Part shown: positions 54,900 through 64,000 of the stretch, piece by piece
How positions within the stretch are numbered: the first letter of the stretch is position 1
Layout of the letters: each line of letters opens with the position of its first letter
Source: Macrostomum lignano
Lineage: Eukaryota
Reading direction: 5' to 3'
Assembly (NCBI GenBank): GCA_002269645.1
Contig: NIVC01000762.1
Coordinates: 124,001 to 188,000 of the forward strand
DNA length: 64,000 nucleotides
Made by a program: the position numbers and the translations under genes
The notes under the pieces: generated by a model
Told to the model about the DNA's origin: nothing
The model's database searches: none
The model's input: the letters and a program-made list of their open reading frames with translations, nothing else

Positions 54900-57830
54900 A
54901 ACCTCTCTTCCCTGCCTCCCATCTCTCTCTTCCCTGCCTCCCCTCTCTCTCTTCCCTGCCTCCCCTATCTCTTCCCTGTCTCCCCTCTCTCTCTTCCCTG
55001 TCTCCCCTCTCTCTCTTCCCTGCCTCCCCCCTCTCTCTTCCCTGCCTCCTCTCTCTCTCTTCCCTGCCACACCTCTCTCTCTCTTCCCTGCCTCCCCTCT
55101 CTTTCCTGCCTCCCCTCTCTCTCTCTCCCCTGCCACCCCTCTCTCTCTTCCCTGCCTCCCCTCTCTCTCTTCCCTGCCTCCCCTCTCTCTCTCTCCCCTG
55201 CCTCCCCTCTCTCTCTTCCCTGCCACCCCTCTCTCTCTTCCCTGCCACACCTCTCTCTCTTCCCTGCCTCCTCTCTCTCTCTTCCCTGCCACCCCTCTCT
55301 CTCTTCCCTGCCTCCCCCCTCTCTCTTCCCTGCCTCCTCTCTCTCTCTTCCCTGCCACACCTCTCTCTCTTCCCTGCCTCCCCTCTCTTCCCTGCCTCCC
55401 CTCTCTCTCTCTCCCCTGCCACCCCTCTCTCTCTTCCCTGCCTCCCCTCTCTCTCTTCCCTGCCTCCCCTCTCTCTCTTCCCTGCCTCCCCTCTCTCTCT
55501 CTCCCCTGCCTCCCCTCTCTCTCTTCCCTGCCACCCCTCTCTCTCTTCCCTGCCACACCTCTCTCTCTTCCCTGCCTCCCCTCTCTCTCTCTCCCCTGCC
55601 TCCCCTCTCTCTCTTCCCTGCCACCCCTCTCTCTCTTCCCTGCCATACCTCTCTCTCTTCCCTGCCTCCCCTCTCTCTCTTCCCTGCCTCCCCTCTCTCT
55701 CTTCCCTGTCTCCCCTCTCTCTCTTCCCTGTCTCCCCTCTCTCTCTTCCCTGCCTCCCCCCTCTCTCTTCCCTGCCTCCTCTCTCTCTCTTCCCTGCCAC
55801 ACCTCTCTCTCTTCCCTGCCTCCCCTCTCTTCCCTGCCTTCCCTTCTCTCTCTCTCCCCTGCCACCCCTCTCTCTCTTCCCTGCCTCCCCTCTCTCTCTT
55901 CCCTGCCTCCCCTCTCTCTCTCTCCCCTGCCTCCCCTCTCTCTCTTCCCTGCCACCCCTCTCTCTCTTCCCTGCCACACCTCTCTCTCTTCCCTGCCTCC
56001 TCTCTCTCTCTTCCCTGCCACCCCTCTCTCTATTCCCTGCCTCCCCCCTCTTTCTTCCCTGCCTCCTCTCTCTCTCTTCCCTGCCACACCTCTCTCTCTT
56101 CCCTGCCTCCCCTCTCTTCCCTGCCTCCCCTCTCTCTCTCTCCCCTGCCACCCCTCTCTCTCTTCCCTGCCTCCCCTCTCTCTCTTCCCTGCCTCCCCTC
56201 TCTCTCTTCCCTGCCTCCCCTCTCTCTCTCTCCCCTGCCTCCCCTCTCTCTCTTCCCTGCCACCCCTCTCTCTCTTCCCTGCCACACCTCTCTCTCTTCC
56301 CTGCCTCCTCTCTCTCTCTTCCCTGCCACACCTCTCTCTCTTCCCTGCCACACCTCTCTCTCTTCCCTGCCTCCCCTCTCTCTCCCCTGCCACCCCTCTC
56401 TCTCTTCCCTGCCTCCCCTCTCTCTTCCCTGCCTCTCCTTTCTCTCCCCCCTGCCTCCCCTCTCTCTCTCTCTCCCCTGTCTCCCCTCTCTCTCTTCCCT
56501 GCCACACCTCTCTCTCTTCCCTGCCTCCCCTCTCTCTCTCTCCCCTGCCTCCCCTCTCTCTCTTCCCTGCCACCCCTCTCTCTCTTCCCTGCCACACCTC
56601 TCTCTCTTCCCTGCCTCCCCTCTCTCTCTCCCCTGCCACCCCTCTCTCTCTTCCCTGCCTCCCCTCTCTCTCTTCCCTGCCTCCCCTCTCTCTCTTCTCT
56701 GCCTCCCCTCTCTCTCTCCCCTGCCTCCCCTCTCTCTCTTCCCTGCCACCCCTCTCTCTCTTCCCTGCCACACCTCTCTCTCTTCCCTGCCTCCTCTCTC
56801 TCTCTTCCCTGCCACACCTCTCTCTCTTCCCTGCCTCCCCTCTCTTCCCTGCCTCCCCTCTCTCTCCCCTGCCACCCCTCTCTCTCTTCCCTGCCTCCCC
56901 TCTCTCTTCCCTGCCTCCCCTTTCTCCCCCCCCTGCCTCCCCTCTCTCTCTCTCTCTCCCCTGTCTCCCCTCTCTCTCTTCCCTGCCTCGCCTCACTCTC
57001 TTTCCTGCCTCCCCTCTCTCTCTCCCCTGCCTCCCCTCTCTCTCTCCCCTGTCTCCCCTCTCTCTCTTCCCTGCCTCGCCTCTCTCTCTTCCCTGTCTCC
57101 CCTCTCTCTCTTCCCTGCCTCCCCTCTCTCTCTTCCCTGCCACACCTCTCTCTCTTCCCTGCCTCCCCTCTCTTCCCTGCCTCCCCTCTCTCTCTTCCCT
57201 GCCTCCCCTCTCTCTCTTCCCTGCCTCCCCTCTCTCTCTTCCCTGCCTCCCCTCTCTCTCTTCCCTGCCTCCTCTCTCTCTCTCTTCCCTGCCTCCCCTC
57301 TCTCTCTTCCCTGTCTCCCCTCTTTCTCTTCCCTGTCTCCCCTCTCTCTCTTCCCTGCCTCCCCTCTCTCTCTTCCCTGTCTCCCCTCTTTCTCTTCCCT
57401 GCCTCTCCTCTCTCTCTCCCCTTCCTCCCCTCTCTCTCTTCCCTGCCTCTCCCCTCTCTCCTCTGCCTACCCTCTCTCTTCCCTGCCTCTCGTCTCTCAC
57501 CCCTGTCTCCCCTCTCTCTCTTCCCTGCCTCTTTTCTCTCTATCCCCTGCCTCCCCTCTCTCTCTTCCCTGTCTCCCCTCTCTCTCTCCCCTGTCTCCCC
57601 TCTCTCTCTTCCCTGCCTCTCCCCTCTCTCCTCTGCCTACCCTCTCTCTTCCCTGCCTCTCGTCTCTCACCCCTGTCTCCCCTCTCTCTCTTCCCTGCCT
57701 CTTTTCTCTCTATCCCCTGCCTCCCCTCTCTCTCTTCCCTGTCTCCCCTCTCTCTCTCCCCTGTCTCCCCTCTCTCTCTTCCCTGTCTCCCCTCTCTCTC
57801 TTCCCTGTCTCCTCTCTCTCTCTTTCATGT
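54900..57830. repeat. About 3-kb polypyrimidine minisatellite (CTCTCTCTTCCCTGCCTCCCC variants)
   Basis: Near-pure C/T strand, visible directly. Confidence 0.98.
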
Positions 57831-59739
57831 TTTCCCCTATATCTCTTCCCAGCTGTCTACTCTCCCTCTTTTCGCTGTCTCCTCTCTTCATTTATCTTCT
57901 TCTTCCCTGTAGTGCCTCTTAGGAACTGTAAGATCAGACGCAAAAATGGAATTTTTGTCAAAGAAAATTTCGCGCACTCCTCGAACCATGCAGCCCTGTT
58001 AGGACTATTATGGAACATTAATATCCAACGAATAACAGTAATACATGCATTCAGTAATGTTTTTCTATTGTATAGAAAGTGCCCCAAAGTCCGGAAGGAA
58101 GCCATGGTCGCCACTCTTGTCGTATAGCCTTGAAAGTCCGATTGACTACTGTGTGGGCCAATCATGCGTGACGGCTCGTCGCATTCCTTTGAGAAATTTT
58201 CTCAGAACTCTTTCTCTCAGCTACGCACTTTAATTCGGTCGGCAGCTTCGTCTGGGCTACTCCGATTGAATCGACTAGAGCTTTCATAATAATATTTAGC
58301 AGCGCCAGTTCGCTATAAGATTAAACCTCAAATCAATCGAAAGGAAAATATCTTAAAAGTTCACGATCGTACTGCAGTATACAGTGCAGAGAGCTAGCCA
58401 ATAGTTTCAATAATTTCCAAGGCAGTCGAACGACTTTCCGACGTGCTTGACCGATAAGAACTCCAGCCAAATCCGGGATTATTCGGCACAAGCTGATTGG
58501 ATTATCTTATTCTCTCTGTGCTTGTAAGATTAGCTTTGATCGTTTATTCTGTGTGCAAGACCAGATAATTTTTTATACACTTGAATGCAGTAAAAAAACT
58601 TACAGAGATCTACCTGTTTAAAAGGACAGTTATATATATTATTCAATAGAATACTCTCTAGCAAGCAGTACATGACAATGCATGCATTAATTAACTGCAG
58701 TTTTGTTCTGGAGTGTTTGCTGACGATTTTTTGTTTAACTGGTTTACGTGTTTTCGTGTGATATTTTGTTTAAATGGCGTGTTTTCTGACGGAACTTTAA
58801 TTGTTTATTTGAAATATCAGCTTATCAGTGTTTTGTTTAACTGTAGTCTCACCGGGTTGTTTTTTTCAGTGGAATTTCGCTACCATGTTCTATGCATTTA
58901 GGACTATAATTAGGAGTCGGTGACATGCATATATTACCTTAATTGTAGCGCTGATCCATGTACCTGCACCTGTACAAAAGCTCACGGCTTCCAAAGTTTA
59001 CTTTGAGACCAACGGTGTCCGAAAATGAGATTTATATTTTGAATTACAGCTCATTAATATATGCATGTATTAATAACATAAATGTACATAACATTAAAAG
59101 TTTATGTATATTAATTCTCTTGCAAGCTAATTAAAATTGTTTAACAGTGCGTTAACACAATTACATTAACTGGAGCAGATTCTAACAAAGTACATTAATT
59201 GACCCGCCACCTGTTCCGATAAAAATTTCCGGACAAAAATTACAAACAAATTAAGCGCGAGTAGTTATTTTAGTAGACAAAAATATACCACAACTGCACC
59301 AAAAAATAGATACTAAAAATACAAGTGTTTCTTCATCAACAAACTGGATCATTGCGACGAAGTTAGGGGGTGGCATGAAATACGATGTAAAACATCGAGT
59401 TACAAGCAAAATAGAAACTTTTGTTAATGCCGTTATATTTTTTACGTTAATTCAATTCGAATTTTTTCGCACTAGCTCTACAATTAATGTAAAAAGCGTT
59501 TTTTTAAATGAATAAAAGTTTTTATTTACAACACGAGCTAAACGTAAGTTATATGGAAATTCAATTTTAATAAATATGCCTTTTTGACAAGAACGGAACA
59601 AAGCAAAACAATTAATAGCAAAAACCTGCTGTCTAACGGAGAAGTTAAAAGCAGTGCAGTTAATTTGACAAAGTATTCAATAGTAGACCAATTGCTTACG
59701 AATAGCCGCGATTTACATGGAACTTTCAAAGTTTTAGAA

Positions 59740-60010
59740 ATTTAGTTGAAGGCTGGACTTTTAAAATATATTTTGGAATCTCGTTTGCACAGACGTTTTG
59801 CAAGTCAATGTATTCGCAGATGCCGACATGTATAAAGCTAGTTTTCCTTAATTCTTCGCAACTTGAATGAAGGTTATATTTCAGTTGACTGCCACAACTT
59901 GATAGTTGAGCCAACCAAGTTGGAAATTCCCTTTGGCAGCAGTCGATTTGGTCTTGCCAATAAGTCGGGATCGGAAGCCTGTCTGGGCCACTGGGAAGTC
60001 GATGTTTAAG
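59740..60010 (-). pseudogene. Possible hAT transposase C-terminal dimerisation-domain remnant
   Basis: PTYWQDQIDCCQREFPTWLAQL...SSCEEL loosely resembles the FW...FP.LA.LA...S..ER consensus. Adjacent to a GGCGCCCCC-rich array. Confidence 0.25.
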
Positions 60011-60049
60011 CATGATTCAAGGGGCTCAAAAATTTAATAATAGCTTTGC

Positions 60050-60495
60050 GCCCCCCTTTCCAGCAGGCTTGGCGCCCCCTTTCCAGCAGGCTTGGCGCCC
60101 CCCCCCTTTCCAGCAGGCTTGGCGCCCCCCCTTTCCAGCAAGCTTGGCGCCCCCTTTTCAGCAGGCTTGGCGCCCCCCCCCCTTTCCAGCAGGCTTGGCG
60201 CCCCCTTTCCAGCAGGCTTGGCGCCCCCTTTTCAGCAGGCTTGGCGCCCCCTCTCAAGCAGGCTTGGCGCCCCCCCCTTTCCAGCAGGCTTGGCGCCCCC
60301 TTTCCAGCAGGCTTGGCGCCCCCTTTCCAGCAGGCTTGGCACCCCCCTTTCCAGCAGGCTTGGCGCCCCCCCCCTTTCCAGCAGGCTTGGCGCCCCCTTT
60401 TCAGCATGCTTGGCGCCCCCCCCCTTTCCAGCAGGCTTGGCGCCCCTTTCCAGCAGGCTTGGCGCCCCCTTTCCAGCAGGCTTGGCGCCCCCCCC
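60050..60495. repeat. About 22-bp minisatellite TTTCCAGCAGGCTTGGCGCCCCCC
   Basis: Tandem copies with a variable C-run. Confidence 0.95.
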
Positions 60496-62240
60496 CAAAA
60501 ATCATGGCTTATTTGTGCTGATGTCTATGGCCGTATTAGCTCGTATGAATTCGCTTCCTCTTCTATTCAGAACTTGGTTGGCTTAACCATCAAATCAAAT
60601 GGGGTTTTACCAGAGACAATCTTGAGACGAGAAGTTATAAGATCTATATAAGATATTGAGACTAGACATAAATTGTCTAGGATTTCGCTATTAGAATGGA
60701 ATTAATTGTTGAAGAACGTCTCTTGAAGCCCTGAGGTCTAATTTATTAGATTCTGCTACACTTACAATCGGCTATAAATAAGCCCTTCCGGTTGCCTCCA
60801 TCCGCATCAAGTCCAGTTTTTGGATTAGGGGCTTCACGGGGGAGCGAAGCCATTGCTGGGGGGGGGGCGAAACAACTGCACCCCAAGGCCTCAAAGAGAA
60901 ATGGATCACACAGGCATGGAGCTGGTATACAGAAACTCTGAGATGGGGACTGGGAAAAGTTATTTTTTTGGGAGTTGCCATTCTCCTGGCCCGCGTAGAG
61001 CTCTGGTTCAGCATAATTTGATTAGAGTGGTGGGCAGTTAAACTCTGTCCAGTGCTTCGGCAGAACTGCACTTTCCCTAGAGCTCAGCGAATACTCCAAC
61101 TGAACTCGATGAGTCATCCGTAAGTTTTGCAACATGGTCAGGTTTTGTTTTTTTTTCTTAAGAAAGACACATTTTGCCTGTTGCGGTTTATTGTACTCAG
61201 AAGACTGCATGTGTACCCTGTCTCAGCTCATCTTGATTGGCCACTCGCTCTCAGTCCGATGGAACCCCTACCTCACTCCAAATTTGACCTTGAACAGGCC
61301 GACCAATCAGGGGCGATTAAAACAGAAAGAGAAGAACTTTTAGGCTCGAAAGGGAATGAGTGTACATTTCGTGTTGCTATTTTTAGAATAGGTCAAAATA
61401 AAGCCAGGAATAGCTTACAAAGCAGAAAGCAGAATAGCTTCACAAAGCGATTTGCAACCAAGAGTAATGTACATGCCTGACGATTAGAAAGTCAGGGCCG
61501 CTGTACAGCCTGTGTGAGCGTGTGTAATTCATAATTGCGTGCCTGCATAACAGAATTGCCGCGCTGGTATATGGCCAGGAGTCAGTGGAATGGGTAAAAT
61601 TGCATCAGCGCTGTCTCCGAAGTCGTTGCGATAGGGAGCCCACGGCCCTTCTAGCTCGTAGGAATGGAAGCTGCAAGACACTGGGGGCTGCCCTGTCTCT
61701 CCCCTACTAATTACGCCTTCGAAGGATGCATCGGAGCAGGGCACAGATTTTTAACGCCGAATCGGACACACAGGCTGCGGTCTGAGATATGGGTAGGAAA
61801 ATAAAGGCCTAGCAACAGTTATGGAAGCTGCTGCATGCTTCGCTGAGCTTAATCCCTTACTGTACCCCGCTATCTCCCTTTCTCTCTATTACAGGCAAAG
61901 GCAATCTTTTATAATTACGCATTATCTTGATGCATCTGGCATTCAATTTCAGTGTCCAGCCTTCTTAGGACTATCGGGTTGGACAATCCCTACGAGGTAA
62001 AAGCTTTTGTCCAACTGAGAAAATGAGACAGCCAACTCTGATCGTCCACTTTCATTGCACTAGGTTTTGTGATTTTTTCAAATTAACAAGAAACAGGAAC
62101 TCGCCATAAGTATCTATGCGGAACTACATGTAGATCTATTGAGCTCAGTGGCTCACGGCAATACTGCTCTCGCACATCCTACCCATCCAACATGGGAGCA
62201 TCAGCGCTAGAGTACTAGACTCAGGCCTGACTATCGTGGG

Positions 62241-62733
62241 TTACTTCTCTGCCTGGTCCGGTTCGATCTTGATCACCAGCACCAGATAGTAGAGCCAGTA
62301 GAAGCAGTTGTAGAGCAGGAAACAAGCTGGGAACAAAAATCGACTGTAGGCGTCAATGTCGGAGTCGGGTGCGGGCACCGGCGATGAGGCTGGTACGCCT
62401 TTGGCCATGCCTCCTCCGTCCTCGATGCTGACCGCCAGAAGGTCTTCAAGCTCCTCTGGGAAGCCGGGATATCCGCCGCCTCCCATCATCTGGTGGTGAT
62501 GCGCGTTGACTCCGCCAGTTGTTCCCGTTGTCTGCGGCAACTGCAGCGGCGGGCCGCGGATGACAGCCAGCCGTTGCAGTTCGGAGCGAACCACGCAGCG
62601 AATCTCCTGCTGCCAGTTCTCGATTTTTGTGCGACGAGCTCGAAAGGAAGCGACAGCGAATTCGATTAGAGCTCCGATGACGAACATGATGCTTGCGATG
62701 ATCCAGATGTCTATGGCTTTGATGTAGGCCACT
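62241..62733 (-). CDS. Last exon (M3-loop-M4) of a Cys-loop ligand-gated anion channel (GlyR/GluCl/GABA-like)
   Basis: VAYIKAIDIWIIASIMFVIGALIEFAVA (M3) and DIDAYSRFLFPACFLLYNCFYW (M4). Acceptor ...CACACGCAG at 62734. Upstream exons lie outside the window. Confidence 0.9.
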
Positions 62734-62849
62734 CTGCGTGTGGGTGGGTGGGAGACCATGTCAAGGATGCTAAATACTTCATGTAGATACATATTTCCTT
62801 AAAAAACCTAATTAAGCACTAATTCCTTTCCTCTGCTAGTTGAAGCTTG

Positions 62850-63140
62850 AAGGGTTTTTGTAGCCTGTAGTTTTTTGAAAGTCGGGGGTTCGATTCCGGG
62901 TCGCACTGGAACAATTTTGTTCTCCAGCAAGACATCTAACTCTGCATTGCTTCAGTTCACCCAGCTGTAAAATGGGTGCCAGCATTAGCTGGGATGATTG
63001 AGGGTGTGTGACGACGGCCCCCAGTCCTTGGACTGAACAGCCGTACGCAGCCTTCAGATGCGCCGCGCAATAGCTGCGGCTGAGCTGTCGGTTGCACATC
63101 TGGCCCAATTGAGGGCAGGTGCTATCAGTTACTATTAATA
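62850..63140 (+). mobile_element. tRNA-derived SINE with CORE-like domain
   Basis: B box GGTTCGATTCC (62887-62897), then GCAAGACATCTAACTCTGCATTGCTTCAGTTCACCCAGCTGTAAAATGGG, which resembles the CORE/MIR consensus. Confidence 0.6.
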
Positions 63141-64000
63141 TCTGCAAGTCAGTTAGGAACTAATTGCTACGAGCATCTTGATTTGTCAGAACATCAACTG
63201 ACATCCAGCATTGTAAAAGAGGGCGTGGTCTGTATTTGTGTTGTATTCTCAGAAACCCAGTGTCATTCTAACGCTTAGTTTCGCAAGCATAAGATGAAGA
63301 GGTTTGAGACGTTTGCCCAAGATGATGACTTACTTTATTTACTTGAACAAATGTACTTCTTTCCCGTTGTCCGGAATTCCTTCAGCTTGCCTCTCACTTG
63401 GCACTTCAAAGACGCCAGGGCTGACACTCAACAGAAGAAGCTCTGGCCCGGGGATTGCGGATATGGAAACTCCTTGGGCAGGGTGCAGACTTCCGGGCAA
63501 AAGATAGGGATAGACTAACGGACTAGTGCAAGGTGTCCCTGCTTCTCCTCTCCATCATAGCTAGCCCATCCCCCTGAGATTCAGATGTATACCTAAGAGA
63601 TGTCAAATAATGACTAAATTATTCATTAGCAATGTTTTATTGGAAGATTGTTAACATTTTTTTATTCAATCAAGTCTACAATCCCAGATGAATTTCGATT
63701 CCCACAGAAGCTAACGAGAGCTGTGCTGCAGTAGATGTAGATAAGAACCCTGTCTGGGGTCTGAATCTGCATAAATTTATAAATATATTTGCATCCTTGA
63801 GTCTCTACAGCCTCTCTGTCCCCGCCAGTCTCTCTTATCTCCTACAAAGCACTTTCCGTCTGAGCAGTACAGAGTCTAAAAACCTGTTTGCCGAGCACAA
63901 GCTCTTTGCATCAGCCAGACAGTCCGCATATAAACTTTACTGTCCCCAAAGCCCCTAAGCGTAAGTCCCTCATATTTGAGCGAGTTGGCAAGTAAAACAT

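Noticed and set aside
54879-58127. 1082-aa and 870-aa ORFs
   Set aside because: They are translations of the CT/GA minisatellite, open only because the unit lacks stop codons.
63294-63518. 74-aa ORF
   Set aside because: No recognisable motif; it lies in the intron of the Cys-loop gene.

Overview
Eukaryotic (metazoan, invertebrate-type) genomic DNA with GT-AG spliced genes, compact GC-rich exons and introns packed with mini- and microsatellites. This style is consistent with a free-living flatworm such as Macrostomum, but the sequence alone cannot prove that. Genes reconstructed by hand: a 9-exon CaMKIV-like kinase (+, 5105-9110); a glutamate-receptor-like channel with a potassium-channel TTVGYGD filter (-, about 11150-19850); two tandem AANAT-like GNAT acetyltransferases (+, one with a minisatellite-filled intron and one intronless); a jitterbug/FLN-2-type filamin-repeat gene with no visible actin-binding domain (-, 29507-39040); an eh1 plus homeobox gene (+); a RING/B-box/coiled-coil/NHL gene (-); and the last exon of a Cys-loop anion channel (-). 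Mobile DNA includes a long-TIR element carrying a decayed USP deubiquitinase, hAT-type MITEs with 8-bp TSDs, tRNA-derived SINEs, a 2.9-kb TIR-bounded element and two LTR-like segments. Most long ORFs in the supplied track are repeat artefacts. The best leads are the K+-filter iGluR-like channel, the USP-carrying transposon, a locally C-to-T-eroded domain at 47-52 kb, and the intron difference between the GNAT paralogues. All translations and alignments were done by eye.
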